Part shown: positions 52,394-63,848 of the stretch, piece by piece
How the letters are laid out: every line of letters begins with the position of its first letter
Numbering within the stretch: the first letter of the stretch is position 1
DNA from: an uncultured Atribacterota bacterium
GTDB taxonomy: Bacteria; Atribacterota; Phoenicimicrobiia; Phoenicimicrobiales; Stramentimicrobiaceae
NCBI GenBank assembly: GCA_964433555.1
Contig: CAYSRG010000007.1
Location: forward strand, 7,422 to 71,421
DNA: 64,000 nucleotides
Direction of reading: 5' to 3'
Made by a program: the position numbers and the translations under genes
The notes under the pieces: generated by a model
What the model was told of the DNA's origin: nothing
Databases searched by the model: none
What the model saw: only the letters and a program-made list of their open reading frames with translations

Positions 52394-52471
52394 TTTGTAT
52401 TACTCCTTATTTTATTTTTATAATTTATGAATAAATTTAATCTATTACAATATATTTTATCATAACAATGG

Positions 52472-52525
52472 AAATGAAGGTGATTTCCAGTTTTGATATA
52501 AAATAAAAGGAATCCACCTTCATTT
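52472..52525. other. Strong imperfect inverted repeat (11 bp perfect + 4 bp, 20-nt AU-rich loop) in the ppdK-hppA intergenic region
   Basis: AAATGAAGGTGATTTCC...GGAATCCACCTTCATTT. No flanking U-tract on either strand. Confidence 0.5.
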
Positions 52526-52587
52526 AAAATACAAATAAAATGATTATATACTAATATTATTCTTTATCTTAATACAAAACTAATTGT

Positions 52588-55236
52588 TTATTTATTATTC
52601 TCCTTTAAAACTGCCTGTGCTGCTGATAATCTGGCAATAGGCACTCTAAAAGGAGAACAGCTTACATAATTTAAACCAGCACCATGACAAAATTCAATTG
52701 AATTAGGCTCTCCACCATGTTCACCACAGATACCAATTTCCAAATTAGGATTAGTCTTTCTGCCCAATTCCACACCCATTTTTACTAACTTACCAACACC
52801 TTCAGCGTCTAATACATCAAAAGGATTTTCCTTTAAAATGCCTTCTTCGACGTATTTTAATAAGAACTTTCCTTCGGCATCATCTCTACTTATACCAAAT
52901 GTTGTCTGAGTAAGGTCATTGGTACCAAATGAGAAAAATTCAGCATATTGAGCAATTTCATCTGCAGTTAAGGCAGCCCTGGGTAATTCTATCATAGTAC
53001 CTATTTTAAATTCTAATTCTGATTGCTCTCTAGCAATTATTTCTTTTGCTATGCTTTTTATACTATTATAAATTGGTTTCAATTCATTAATATGACCAAC
53101 TAGAGGAATCATTATTTCGGGTTTAACCTTAATTCCTTGTTTAATCAATTCTATGCTTGCCTCAATAATTGCCCTTGCTTGCATTTCATAAATTTCAGGA
53201 TATAATAAACCTAATCGACACCCCCTTAAACCAAGCATAGGGTTCATTTCTTGCAAAGTTTTAATGCGTTCTAAAATATTTTCTTGCTTTTCCAGTTCAT
53301 CTTTATTTTCCTTGGTTATTTTTAAAGTAGTAACTTTAACCAATGTTTCTTCGTAATTAGGTAAGAATTCATGTAAAGGGGGATCCAGGAGACGTATAAT
53401 TACAGGCATATCATGCATTGCTTTTAAAATTCCAATAAAATCAGCTTTTTGCACGGGTAAAAGTTTATCGAGAGCCATCTGCCGCGATTCTTTATTATCA
53501 GCAATAATCATCTCTTGCACTATGGGTAATCGTTCTGGAGCCATAAACATATGTTCAGTTCTACATAAGCCAATACCTTCTGCACCTAAATCCCTGGCTT
53601 TTTGGGCATCTTCAGGTGTATCAGCATTAGCATAAACACCAAGTCTTCTGATATTATCAGCCCAGGTAAGTAGCAATGTGAACTCTTTACTCATTTTTGG
53701 TTCTATCATCGGAACTTTCCCCTCATAGACATTACCACTTCCACCATCAATCGTAATATAATCACCTTTTCTTATAATTTTACCATTAACTTTAAATAAA
53801 CCTTTTTCAATATTTATGACAATATCATTACAACCGGCAACACATGGCATACCCATTCCTCTAGCTACAACTGCTGCGTGACTGGTCATTCCTCCTCTGC
53901 TGGTTAAAGTTCCTTTAGCTTCAACCATACCATGGATATCATCTGGAGTAGTTTCTGGTCTTACTAAAATAACAGCTTCACCATTTTTACCCATTTTTTC
54001 TGCCTCATCGGCAGTAAAGACAACCTTTCCTGAAGCTGAACCAGGTGAAGCTGGTAAACCTTTGGCAATTGGATCTTTTTTAGCATTTGGATCAATTCTA
54101 CGATGAAGAAGTTGATTTAACTGAATAGGATCTATTCTATTTACTGCAGTTTCTTTATCTATGATTCCTTCTTTAACCAAATCAACAGCAATCTTTAAGG
54201 CAGCCTGAGCAGTTCTCTTTCCATCTCTAGTTTGAAGAATAAAAAGTTTTCCTTTTTCTATGGTGAATTCGTAATCCTGAACATCTTTGTAATTGTTTTC
54301 TAATATACTGACTGTTTCAATTAGTTGCTTATAAACATATGGCATATCATTCTTTAATTCCTCAAGAAGCTTCGGTGTTCTTACTCCAGCAACTACATCT
54401 TCGCCCTGAGCATTTAAAAGATATTCTCCATAATTTTCTTTCTCACCTGTTGAGGGATTTCTAGTAAAACCTACTCCAGTACCTGAATCGTCTCCCATAT
54501 TACCAAAAACCATTTCCTGAACGTTTACCGCAGTACCTAAATCATCAGGAATTTTATGAATTCTTCTATAGGTTACTGCTCTTTTATTATCCCAGGAGCT
54601 GAACACTGCTTCTATAGCCATTTTCAATTGCTTTTGTGGCTCATCGGGAAAGTATTCGCCAATTTCTTCAAAGGCTAATTCTTTATATTTTTTCACTATT
54701 TCTTTTAATCCAGTAATACTAATATTTGAATCAACCTCTACTCTCTCCTTTTCTTTGATCTCTTCTAAAATCTTCTCAAAAAGTTCACCTTTTATGCCCA
54801 TCACCACATTTCCAAACATCTGAATAAACCTTCTGTAACTGTCATAGGCAAATCTTTCATCAGTAGATTTTTTAACTACTCCTAGAATAGTTTGTTCATT
54901 TAAGCCTAAATTTAGAATAGTATCCATCATACCAGGCATAGAAATTGCCGCACCGGAACGAACGGAGACTAATAATGGATTTTCTGTATTCCCAAAGACT
55001 TTACCAGATTGTTCTTCTAATTTCTTTAGATTTTCTTGAATTTGTTCCCATAATCCTATAGGAAATTGTTTCTCATTCTTGGTATATTCAATACATGCTT
55101 CTGCTGTAATAGTAAATCCCTGGGGAACTGGTAAGCCCATTTTAGACATTTCTGCCAAATTAGCCCCCTTACCACCCAGTAGTTTTTTCATATTTTTATT
55201 GCCTTCATCAAAAAAATACACGTATTTTTTCATCAT
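52588..55236 (-). CDS. ppdK: Pyruvate, phosphate dikinase
   Basis: GGMTSHAAVVARGMG phosphohistidine motif, PEP-utilising C-terminal domain. 882 aa. Confidence 0.9.
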   Translation of the reverse strand: MMKKYVYFFDEGNKNMKKLLGGKGANLAEMSKMGLPVPQGFTITAEACIEYTKNEKQFPIGLWEQIQENLKKLEEQSGKVFGNTENPLLVSVRSGAAISMPGMMDTILNLGLNEQTILGVVKKSTDERFAYDSYRRFIQMFGNVVMGIKGELFEKILEEIKEKERVEVDSNISITGLKEIVKKYKELAFEEIGEYFPDEPQKQLKMAIEAVFSSWDNKRAVTYRRIHKIPDDLGTAVNVQEMVFGNMGDDSGTGVGFTRNPSTGEKENYGEYLLNAQGEDVVAGVRTPKLLEELKNDMPYVYKQLIETVSILENNYKDVQDYEFTIEKGKLFILQTRDGKRTAQAALKIAVDLVKEGIIDKETAVNRIDPIQLNQLLHRRIDPNAKKDPIAKGLPASPGSASGKVVFTADEAEKMGKNGEAVILVRPETTPDDIHGMVEAKGTLTSRGGMTSHAAVVARGMGMPCVAGCNDIVINIEKGLFKVNGKIIRKGDYITIDGGSGNVYEGKVPMIEPKMSKEFTLLLTWADNIRRLGVYANADTPEDAQKARDLGAEGIGLCRTEHMFMAPERLPIVQEMIIADNKESRQMALDKLLPVQKADFIGILKAMHDMPVIIRLLDPPLHEFLPNYEETLVKVTTLKITKENKDELEKQENILERIKTLQEMNPMLGLRGCRLGLLYPEIYEMQARAIIEASIELIKQGIKVKPEIMIPLVGHINELKPIYNSIKSIAKEIIAREQSELEFKIGTMIELPRAALTADEIAQYAEFFSFGTNDLTQTTFGISRDDAEGKFLLKYVEEGILKENPFDVLDAEGVGKLVKMGVELGRKTNPNLEIGICGEHGGEPNSIEFCHGAGLNYVSCSPFRVPIARLSAAQAVLKENNK

Positions 55237-55341
55237 TTATTCTCCTTCTTTAAAAAATAGAAAATAACTTTTCAAAATATAATAATCTTTTTATAATTCC
55301 TCAGAAAAGGGATAAGTGAAAGTTAATTGATTATTCTTTAC

Positions 55342-57471
55342 TCATTTAATATTACCTTTAGCAAGGGCAATTTTTGTTAAATCAGCAACAGAAAAATATA
55401 AGGTGGCAATGGATTTTAACAGGGCTAAGCGATTATTTCGTATTTTTTCATTTTCTACCATTACCATAACCTTATCGTAAAAAATATCAATTGGTTTATT
55501 CATTTTCTCTAAGTTAGTAAAAACATCGTTATAATTATTTTTTATAATTAACTTTTTAATAATTTTTTTTATTTTAAGGTAACAATTATAAAGATAATGC
55601 TCTTCTTTTTCTTGGAAAAGGGTGTTATCAATCCAGAGCGCTTGAATATTTCTGGATAGATTAAAAGCTCTGGTAGCTGCAGTAATAGTTCTGATAAAAT
55701 TTGTGGTATAATAAATTTTTTGAATAGCTTCAGTACGAGCCAAAACATCAAGGATACTTTCAGGATTTTTTGCTAATACTGCGTCAATTATATCATATTT
55801 ATATTCTCTTTCTAAAAGGAGATACCGTAGGCGTTGAAAAATAAAATCTTTTATATCTTGAATATTAATTTTACTATTTATAAGTTTTTTTTCTGTTAAA
55901 TTCTTATCTGTTAACAGAAGATTAATATTTAAATCAATTATATTATTTATGGAAAAATTCATTTTATGCAGTAAAACAATATTGATAATCCCTAGTGATT
56001 GTCTTCTTAAGGCGTAGGGATCTTGAGAGCCATCAGGCACTAAATCATTAATAAAACAGGAGGCTATATTATCTAATTTATCAGCAATACTAAGAATGCT
56101 GCCGGTCATAGTTGTTGGAAACTTATCACCAGAAAATCTGGGTAAATAATGTTCATAAATTGCGATAGCTATCTGGGGATCTTCCCCCTGATGAAGGGCA
56201 TATTCTTTTCCCATGACTCCCTGTAATTCAGGAAACTCTTTTACCATTTCAGTAACAAGATCCGATTTACATAATTGAGCAGCTCTTTCTAATATTTGTA
56301 GCGAATTGTTACTTAACTGGAGTTCTTCACCAATTTTTTTAGATAAGGCTATCAATCTTTCAACTTTATTATAAACGGTTCCTAAGTTTTCCTGAAAAAT
56401 AACGTTCTTCAACTTTACAATATTGTTATCCAAAGGCTTTGAACCTGACTTGATGTTTTTTTGATCTTCCTGGTAAAAAAATTTAGCATCTTCTAATCTC
56501 GCTCCTAAAACTCTCTCATTTCCCCGAACAATAGATTTCATATATTTATCCTCGTTACCGTTAATGGCAACTAAAAAGAAGGGTAATAAGGAATTATTCT
56601 TACTGTAAATAGGAAAATATTTTTGATGTTTAATCATAACTGCTGTTAATACTTCTACAGGTAAATCAAGATATTTTTTGTCAAACTCACCCAATAAAAC
56701 TTTTGGATATTCTACTAAATTTTTAACCTCATCTAATAATGATTTTTCTATATATTCTTTACCATCATTGTTTTTAATTATAGACACGATTTGGTTTTGT
56801 ATTTTTTCTTTTCTGATTTCAGGATCAATAATTACAAATCGATCTTCTAAGATGTTAAAATATTCATCAACTTTCTTTACTTGTATTGGTTCTGGTGCAA
56901 GAAGACGATGTCCATAGGTTTTTCTTCCAGAAGTTAAGCTATCCAATTTTAGGGGAATAATTTTGTTATTATATAAAGCCAATATCCATCGTATTGGTCG
57001 AATGAATTTTATAGAAGCAGTTCCCCACCTCATGGATTTAGGTAAATTAATATTAGTAATTAAATTTAAGCAAATCTCTGGTAATAATAACTCTGATTTT
57101 ATACCCTTAATTACCTTTTGGGCAAATAGGTATTCTCCTTTGTTGTTTTTTTCAATTATCAGTTCTTTTACCTCAACCTGATTTACTTGGGCAAATTTAA
57201 TTGCAGATTTTTGAGGTCTTCCTCCTTTATCAAAAGCAACTGCTGTTGTCGGTCCTTTAATCTTATGTAAGATATCTTTTTGTTGTGTGGCAATACCTTC
57301 TATAAAAACAATTAAACGTCTTGGTGTTCCAAATGTGTAAATGGTATGATAATCAATATTAAATTGCTCTAATAGTTTTTTTACATTGTTCTTTAAATTT
57401 TTTAAAATATTATCAATGTATGTGGAAGGTATCTCTTCAGTTCCAAGTTCTAAAATAAATTTATTCATCAT
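55342..57471 (-). CDS. glyS: Glycine--tRNA ligase beta subunit
   Basis: 709 aa. Overlaps the glyQ stop. Conserved glyQS tandem. Confidence 0.9.
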   Translation of the reverse strand: MMNKFILELGTEEIPSTYIDNILKNLKNNVKKLLEQFNIDYHTIYTFGTPRRLIVFIEGIATQQKDILHKIKGPTTAVAFDKGGRPQKSAIKFAQVNQVEVKELIIEKNNKGEYLFAQKVIKGIKSELLLPEICLNLITNINLPKSMRWGTASIKFIRPIRWILALYNNKIIPLKLDSLTSGRKTYGHRLLAPEPIQVKKVDEYFNILEDRFVIIDPEIRKEKIQNQIVSIIKNNDGKEYIEKSLLDEVKNLVEYPKVLLGEFDKKYLDLPVEVLTAVMIKHQKYFPIYSKNNSLLPFFLVAINGNEDKYMKSIVRGNERVLGARLEDAKFFYQEDQKNIKSGSKPLDNNIVKLKNVIFQENLGTVYNKVERLIALSKKIGEELQLSNNSLQILERAAQLCKSDLVTEMVKEFPELQGVMGKEYALHQGEDPQIAIAIYEHYLPRFSGDKFPTTMTGSILSIADKLDNIASCFINDLVPDGSQDPYALRRQSLGIINIVLLHKMNFSINNIIDLNINLLLTDKNLTEKKLINSKINIQDIKDFIFQRLRYLLLEREYKYDIIDAVLAKNPESILDVLARTEAIQKIYYTTNFIRTITAATRAFNLSRNIQALWIDNTLFQEKEEHYLYNCYLKIKKIIKKLIIKNNYNDVFTNLEKMNKPIDIFYDKVMVMVENEKIRNNRLALLKSIATLYFSVADLTKIALAKGNIK

Positions 57472-58342
57472 CCAATCCTTTTATTAAGGGATAATTTAGG
57501 TTCTTTCTTTCTTCAATATATAACTGTGCACATTTTTTGGCTAATTCTCTTACCCTTGCTATATAACCAGTTCTTTCTGTAACACTTATAGCACTCCTGG
57601 CATCTAAAAGATTAAAGGTATGAGAGCATTTCAATGTATAGTCATAAGCAGGAATAGGTAGTTTTTTTGAAATTAGTTGTTGCGCTTCTTTTTCAAACAT
57701 ACTAAATAAAGAAAAAAGCATTTTTATATCAGCTGCTTCGAAATTGTATTTGGATTGTTCTACTTCTACCTGGTGTTGAATTTCACCATAAGTAATATCA
57801 TTACTCCAGAAGAGTTCATAAATATTATCTTTTTGCTGTACAATCATAGCTAGGCGCTCTATTCCATAGGTAATTTCAACAGGTATAGGATTTAGATCAA
57901 TTCCCCCTGCCTGCTGAAAATAAGTAAACTGAGTAATTTCTAAGCCATCTATAATTACTTCCCATCCTAATCCCCAGGCACCCAGAGTTGGGGCTTCCCA
58001 ATCACCTTCCATAAATCTGATATCATGTTCTTTTCGATAAATACCAATCTTTTCCAGGCTTCTTAGATATATATCCTGAATATTCCAAGGGGAGGGTTTA
58101 ATAATAACCTGAAATTGATAATGCTGTTGAACACGATTGGGATTATCACCGTAACGACCATCAGCAGGTCTTCGGGAAGGTTCAACATATGCTGTTTTCC
58201 AAGGTTCTGGGCCAAGAACTCTTAAAAATGTTGCTGGATTCATGGTACCTGCTCCTACTTCAGTACCATAAGGAGTAAGAATGATGCATCCATTCTTACT
58301 CCAATATCTTTCTAAATTAAATATAATTTTTTGTATATTCAC
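57461..58342 (-). CDS. glyQ: Glycine--tRNA ligase alpha subunit
   Basis: [25 protein letters not shown]...MNPATF is a highly conserved GlyQ. GTG start. 293 aa. Confidence 0.9.
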   Translation of the reverse strand: MNIQKIIFNLERYWSKNGCIILTPYGTEVGAGTMNPATFLRVLGPEPWKTAYVEPSRRPADGRYGDNPNRVQQHYQFQVIIKPSPWNIQDIYLRSLEKIGIYRKEHDIRFMEGDWEAPTLGAWGLGWEVIIDGLEITQFTYFQQAGGIDLNPIPVEITYGIERLAMIVQQKDNIYELFWSNDITYGEIQHQVEVEQSKYNFEAADIKMLFSLFSMFEKEAQQLISKKLPIPAYDYTLKCSHTFNLLDARSAISVTERTGYIARVRELAKKCAQLYIEERKNLNYPLIKGLDDE

Positions 58343-58690
58343 TTTTTTCTTCCTTTTTTGAGATATTCAAGAAAATCTTTCCCCTGGAGAATTTCTTTAA
58401 TTAGTCCCAAATATACAATATTTATTATTTTCTTGAAAATTCCTTGTTTCCCAAACAAGATAGGTATATTTAAAAATTATTAGGAATTATATAACATATT
58501 TCAAGATTCTCTGGGAGTGAACTCACCAGAAATTAATGTATCTATTTTTTTGACCAATTTTAACTATCTATAAAAAATTTCCAGACAATCTTTCTAAAAT
58601 AGATCATTTCTAAAAAATATCCATCTCCAAAGCATCTTAATCTTATAAAATCTGATATTCCAAAATATATGGAATATATTATAAATAAAA

Positions 58691-58737
58691 TCCCTCTCTG
58701 TAGAATAATATTTCTATTTTTTGGTTATGGAGAGGGA
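58691..58737 (-). terminator. Hairpin (TCCCTCTC...GAGAGGGA, about 29-nt loop) followed by a U-tract on the minus strand. Candidate intrinsic terminator
   Basis: 8-9 bp GC-containing stem. Minus-strand downstream sequence is UUUUAUUUAU. It lies about 430 nt beyond the recO stop, inside an 824-bp ORF-free region. Confidence 0.35.
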
Positions 58738-59166
58738 TGAAAAATAAAATTACAACAATAATATTAGTTTTCCTAGCCAATTTCTCTAACTAATCTTTAG
58801 CATAAAATAATTACAGGTTTTAGTTTTTATTACAATAAATATAGCAAAATCATTTTATGATGTCAAAAATATTATTAATAATTCTATTTATACCATTATG
58901 TTACTATTAATTTGAATAATATTATTTTATAAATTTTGTAATAGTTTGATAAGACATTAAAATTATCTTTTTGTAAGTGGAAATTACCATACAAACTATT
59001 TTCCTTAAAAACAAGGGATTGGCACATTGTTTTAATTGAAGCATGATTTTAATCTGGTGGTAATATTAATTTTAGCGATGATTGACAGGATAGAAAAAAT
59101 AAAAAGTGGTAATAAAAGTGAAATTAAATATACTTTTTTATTTTAAAGTACTCGCTATGGACATAT

Positions 59167-59928
59167 TTACTTTAATAATTTTAGTCCGTTTAAAAAGTTC
59201 TTACTTCGATTTTCTACTTCAAAATGATAAACCAGATACATATCAGTAATCTTACTAAGTGTAGATAGGATAGATTGATCAATTTTTTTGTTATGAATTC
59301 TTTCTAAATCTATCTCAATAATTCTTTGTATTAACCTGATATGATAGTTAGTTATTTTTATTTTATAATAATCCTCTTTCTCCTGACATTTTAAGCAACT
59401 AAGCCCACCCCTTGCTATATCAAAAATATAATTTTTTTCTTTATTAACCAAGTTATGACAATGAATGCATTTTTTTAACTCAGGTTGATAACCTAAAAGA
59501 GTAACAAGTTTCCATTTGAATGATTCAACTAAAAGAATTGGATTATGATCATCTCTAAGCAGTAATAAAAGATTTTTAAAAAGGTTATATAGTTTTATAT
59601 TGGGGTCTTCTTCAACTGATAGTTTATCAATAATTTCTGAACAATGAATAGCCAGTCCATACCGAAATAGGTCTTTGCATTGTGAAAAAAAAGAGTTAAT
59701 AATTTCTGATTGGCTTATAATATTAATACTTTTACCCTTAAAAAGTAACAATTTGACTATAGTAAGGTTTTCCATACTACTACCAAATTGGCTCTTTGTT
59801 TTTCTCACTCCTTTGGCAATTCCTCTAATTTTTCCGTAGTCACTACTATAAATAATTACAATTTTATCAGCCTCGTTCAATTTTATACTCCTTAGCACTA
59901 TTCCCTCTGTTCGAAATAAACGATTCAT
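59167..59928 (-). CDS. recO: DNA repair protein RecO
   Basis: N-terminal OB fold (EGIVLRSIKLNEADKIV), C-terminal Cys4 zinc finger (CIHCHN...CLKCQ). 253 aa. cdd-(era)-recO synteny. Confidence 0.85.
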   Translation of the reverse strand: MNRLFRTEGIVLRSIKLNEADKIVIIYSSDYGKIRGIAKGVRKTKSQFGSSMENLTIVKLLLFKGKSINIISQSEIINSFFSQCKDLFRYGLAIHCSEIIDKLSVEEDPNIKLYNLFKNLLLLLRDDHNPILLVESFKWKLVTLLGYQPELKKCIHCHNLVNKEKNYIFDIARGGLSCLKCQEKEDYYKIKITNYHIRLIQRIIEIDLERIHNKKIDQSILSTLSKITDMYLVYHFEVENRSKNFLNGLKLLK

Positions 59929-60174
59929 AAAATTAAAACTCCTCTTGTTTTTATGATAAAGTAATTAAGGAGATGCAGAGTGAGAATTTGTTTAATTTTT
60001 TTACTATTTTTATTATTTTGATTTGCTAAAATATAATTTCTCTATTTGGGCTACAAGTAAAATACAATAAATATTATTCGTCATAATATATCTGTTGAAA
60101 ACAAAATAATTTTTAGTTGTTGGCAAAATATTATTCAAAGAGAAATAGAAAATAATTTTGATGATAATGTAATA

Positions 60175-60576
60175 TTATTGACGAAATGTGCTACCATTAA
60201 ATGCATCAGGAAGTAGTTCTTTTGCTTTCATAATTTTAACTTTGTTTTGAAGATTGCTCATTATTACATCCATATTAGGTGCAAATTCCATCATTACCTG
60301 TCGGCATGCTCCACATGGAGGACAAGGGTCTTCGGTATCCCCTATTATGGCAATTGCTTTGATATTTTTAAATCCTTCAGAAATGGCTTTATAGATAGCT
60401 ACCCGTTCAGCGCAAATTGTCATACCAAGCGAAGCATTTTCAATATTACAACCAGTAAAGATTGTACCATTTTCAGTTAATACTGCTGAGCCTACTCCAA
60501 ATTTAGAATAAGGTGTAAAAGCTTTTAATCTTGCTTCTCTCGCTCTATCTATTAACTGTTGAAAAAAATCTTTCAT
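60175..60576 (-). CDS. cdd: Cytidine deaminase
   Basis: CAERVAI and PCGACRQ zinc-binding motifs. 133 aa. Confidence 0.85.
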   Translation of the reverse strand: MKDFFQQLIDRAREARLKAFTPYSKFGVGSAVLTENGTIFTGCNIENASLGMTICAERVAIYKAISEGFKNIKAIAIIGDTEDPCPPCGACRQVMMEFAPNMDVIMSNLQNKVKIMKAKELLPDAFNGSTFRQ

Positions 60577-60594
60577 TTATCTTACCTTTTTTCT

Positions 60595-61536
60595 TTATTT
60601 AAACCATACTTCATTATCTAAAGATAATATATAAATCCAGGTCAAACCTTTATTGAGTACTATTGGTGATCCAGTACTATCAAAAAAATAAGTTTGATCA
60701 TATTTGTTTTTTTTAATCCATTTAATAGGTTGATAACATCCTGAATGAAAATATTTTCCTGTTCCTTCTCCAATCAATTCAACCTGAACTCTCCCTAATT
60801 CATCTCCCTTTATTTGCTCAATTGGTACATATTGAATAAGGATATTTGATACTTTTATCTTTTTTTGATTTTTTAACAGGGTAGGTGATGAATTGTTTAT
60901 ATAGCGATAGTATAACTCCTCATACGGATCATATTGATAACTAATTATATAATCTTCATTATATTTTATAGAAATTCTATTAACTTGATTTTTATAATTT
61001 AGTGAGTGCGTATGAAAATTAAGTAAATTATGACTTGTGGAATTATTTAGATTTAAAAAGTTATCTTTATTTATTTGTTTTTTTAATTTACTGATATCAG
61101 TAAATAGGTTGATCCATCCACCGATCTTTTTATCACGCCAGAAAAGAAAGTGATTTGATAACTCATCTATATCTAGGACATTTTCATTTTTTAAATTTTG
61201 TCCACCACAATGAACAAAAATTGGTGACCATTCAATAGATATTCTTGAAAAGTAATAACGACTACTTCTTATCGGTCCAACGACTGTCCCCTTATCTCCA
61301 AAAAAAAGAGCCATTAATCTAGTAAAGGGATATTCTACTTCAATTTCATAAATTATATCAGCCCCTTCAATTCCTTTTTGAATATTTCTTTCATTAGGAG
61401 AATTGCCTATCATCACTGCAATAGGTCTATTTTTTACTAAATCATCAGCATAAAGAACTTCACTACAAAGGGAAAAAACTAATAATATTATAATTAAAAT
61501 AAAAATATTATTTTTATTTTCTTTTAAATCTCCCAT
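60595..61536 (-). CDS. DUF3048 (YerB-like) domain protein with N-terminal signal/anchor
   Basis: RPIAVMIGNSP...ADIIYEIEVE...TRLMALFF...GPIRSSRYYF matches the DUF3048 core. Start placed at the internal ATG (MGDLKENK) before the hydrophobic segment; the track ORF begins at the TTG at 61617. Confidence 0.5.
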   Translation of the reverse strand: MGDLKENKNNIFILIIILLVFSLCSEVLYADDLVKNRPIAVMIGNSPNERNIQKGIEGADIIYEIEVEYPFTRLMALFFGDKGTVVGPIRSSRYYFSRISIEWSPIFVHCGGQNLKNENVLDIDELSNHFLFWRDKKIGGWINLFTDISKLKKQINKDNFLNLNNSTSHNLLNFHTHSLNYKNQVNRISIKYNEDYIISYQYDPYEELYYRYINNSSPTLLKNQKKIKVSNILIQYVPIEQIKGDELGRVQVELIGEGTGKYFHSGCYQPIKWIKKNKYDQTYFFDSTGSPIVLNKGLTWIYILSLDNEVWFK

Positions 61537-61570
61537 TTTGATAATTTTTAAACTTACGTCCAATTCATAT

Positions 61571-63553
61571 TTAGGCTTTTTGTTGATTTTGTTTTTTATA
61601 TTGAAAAAATAAAACAATTACTAAGATAACCAGACCAACTAAATCAGTTATTAAGTCAGGTGATATAAGCAATATGGCACTAATGAATAGCAAAATTCTC
61701 TCATAGAACTGTGTTTTAACTAATAAAAAACCACCAGCAGCTGCGCCAAGAGACAAAACACCTGCTAAGGAGGTAAACATCAATTGAATAGTATGTAAAG
61801 CAGAGCCTTCTAATCCCATCAATCCAGGATTAATAGCGAATATATATGGAATCATAAAACCTGCAACGGCTAATCTTACAGCAATAAATCCAGTTCTCAT
61901 AGTATTGCCTCCAGATATACCAGCACCTGCATAAGCAGCTACAGCTACTGGGGGTGTTAAATCGGCAATCACTCCAAAATATAGAATAAACATGTGCGCT
62001 GCTAAAGGTAGAACACCCAATTGTACCAAGGCAGGCGCTGCCATAATAGATAAAATTATGTATTTTGCAGTAGTGGGTAACCCCATTCCTAATAAAATAG
62101 AAGCAATCATAGTAAAGAACAAGGTGAGTAATAAATTTCCTCCTCCTAATGATACTATACCACTGGCAATCTTCAAACCTAACCCAGTTAAGGTTACAAC
62201 ACCAACTACCATACCTGCACAGGCACATGCTGCTGCTACTCCTAAAGCACCTTTAGCTCCATCTTCGAATGCACCAAAAAAATTTTTTAAGTTAAGTCTT
62301 GTTTCTTTTTTGAGCATACTTATCGCCAAGCTCATTACGATAGCCCAGAAGGCAGCAAATAGAGCTGTATAACCTCTAACTAACAGATATACTAGTCCTA
62401 AGATTGGTAATAAAAGATGGCCTTTTTCTTTTAATACCAGATTTGCTTTTGGTAATCGATCTTTTGGCAATCCTCTTAAGTTATATTTACATGCCTCTAA
62501 ATGAACCATGGTCATAACGGCAATATAATAAATTATAGCAGGAATAGCTGCTGCAGCAGCTATTTTTATGTATGGTATTTCTAAAAATTCAGACATAACA
62601 AACGCTGCGGCACCCATAACAGGAGGCATTATTTGTCCGCCAGTAGAAGCCGCAGCCTCTACTGCTCCGGCAAAATCTTTTTTGTATCCTATACTTTTCA
62701 TTAAAGGAATTGTGAAACTTCCGGTGGTAACAACATTAGCTACAGAACTACCATTAATAGATCCCATAAAGCCACTGGCAATAACTGCAACTTTAGCAGG
62801 TCCTCCTGTAGTGTGCCCAGCTAAAGCCATTGATAAATCGATAAAAAATTTTCCCATTCCAGTTTTGTTCAATACAGAACCAAAAAGGATAAAAAGAAAA
62901 ACAAAAGAAGAAGATACTCCTAAAGGAATACCATAAATACCTTCTGTTTGCATATACAAATGTTCAATGATTCTTTCTAAAGAATATCCTCTATGGGCAA
63001 AATATCCAGGCATGTAGGGACCAAAATAAGAATATATTAAAAATACTATTACTACTATTGGTAATTCTGGGCCAATTGCTCTCCTGGTAGCTTCTAATAC
63101 TAATAATATTGTAATTCCCCCCATAAGAAGATCAATGTTACTTGGTAATCCAGCTCTAAATACAAGTTCTTTATAAAATATTATCAAATATAAGCTCGTT
63201 GCTGCTCCTACCAGGGATAATATTATATCGAAAAAGGGTACTGTTGATTTATCACTACCAATGCCTTTTTTAGTTGTTGGGTATAGTAGAAATATTAGTG
63301 CCAAAGCGAAGGCTAAATGTAGCGCCCTTTGTTTTAATGCTAACCATAGTCCAAACCCACCAGTATAAAAATGAAATAAGGACATGCTAATGGCTATGAT
63401 TGAAATAACTATAGCAATAAAACCTATTGGTCTTCTTACATTAGATTCGCTATCATACTGTTCTAACAATTTTTGCACATCGATTTTTTCTTTTTCATCA
63501 CTTAAAATACTATTATTTTTAGATTCAATTTTATTATCTAAATTATTTTTCAT
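61571..63553 (-). CDS. TRAP transporter fused permease subunit (TAXI-type, 4TM+12TM DctQM fusion)
   Basis: 660 aa polytopic protein with GGPAKVAVIASGFMGSINGSSVANVVTTGSFTIPLMK, a DctM-like motif. Confidence 0.8.
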   Translation of the reverse strand: MKNNLDNKIESKNNSILSDEKEKIDVQKLLEQYDSESNVRRPIGFIAIVISIIAISMSLFHFYTGGFGLWLALKQRALHLAFALALIFLLYPTTKKGIGSDKSTVPFFDIILSLVGAATSLYLIIFYKELVFRAGLPSNIDLLMGGITILLVLEATRRAIGPELPIVVIVFLIYSYFGPYMPGYFAHRGYSLERIIEHLYMQTEGIYGIPLGVSSSFVFLFILFGSVLNKTGMGKFFIDLSMALAGHTTGGPAKVAVIASGFMGSINGSSVANVVTTGSFTIPLMKSIGYKKDFAGAVEAAASTGGQIMPPVMGAAAFVMSEFLEIPYIKIAAAAAIPAIIYYIAVMTMVHLEACKYNLRGLPKDRLPKANLVLKEKGHLLLPILGLVYLLVRGYTALFAAFWAIVMSLAISMLKKETRLNLKNFFGAFEDGAKGALGVAAACACAGMVVGVVTLTGLGLKIASGIVSLGGGNLLLTLFFTMIASILLGMGLPTTAKYIILSIMAAPALVQLGVLPLAAHMFILYFGVIADLTPPVAVAAYAGAGISGGNTMRTGFIAVRLAVAGFMIPYIFAINPGLMGLEGSALHTIQLMFTSLAGVLSLGAAAGGFLLVKTQFYERILLFISAILLISPDLITDLVGLVILVIVLFFQYKKQNQQKA

Positions 63554-63848
63554 ACATCTTCTCCTGAACTCTTAAATTTTCTAAAAAATATCTAATCACA
63601 TTTAATCTTTTTATATCAATTATTAATAAGGAATCTCCAATTGTATCTGATAAATTAATTTCTTGCTTATTAAAAACAAGAATATTTCCTCGATCTTTAT
63701 AAATCCTGTAATATAATGGGAGTCCAATTTCCCTATGCATATTTTTTATTTTAAATTTGTGGTCTTCTATCACAAAGATTTCATTTTCAAAAGCAGCATA
63801 TGGGAGCCCGGCTCCGTGATCATGAAAATGGGTTTCGGTGAGCATCAT
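63543..63848 (-). CDS. Small hypothetical protein, possibly the DUF1850-type protein found between TAXI receptor and fused permease genes
   Basis: 101 aa. Overlaps the permease start by 11 nt, which suggests translational coupling. No motif I can name with certainty. Confidence 0.3.
   Translation of the reverse strand: MMLTETHFHDHGAGLPYAAFENEIFVIEDHKFKIKNMHREIGLPLYYRIYKDRGNILVFNKQEINLSDTIGDSLLIIDIKRLNVIRYFLENLRVQEKMYEK

Noticed and set aside
58343-58700. T-box riboswitch expected upstream of glyQS
   Set aside because: The minus strand has no GGGUGGNACCGCG-like T-box sequence and no CCACC element at all. Only a short hairpin+U-run is present, so I did not annotate a T-box.
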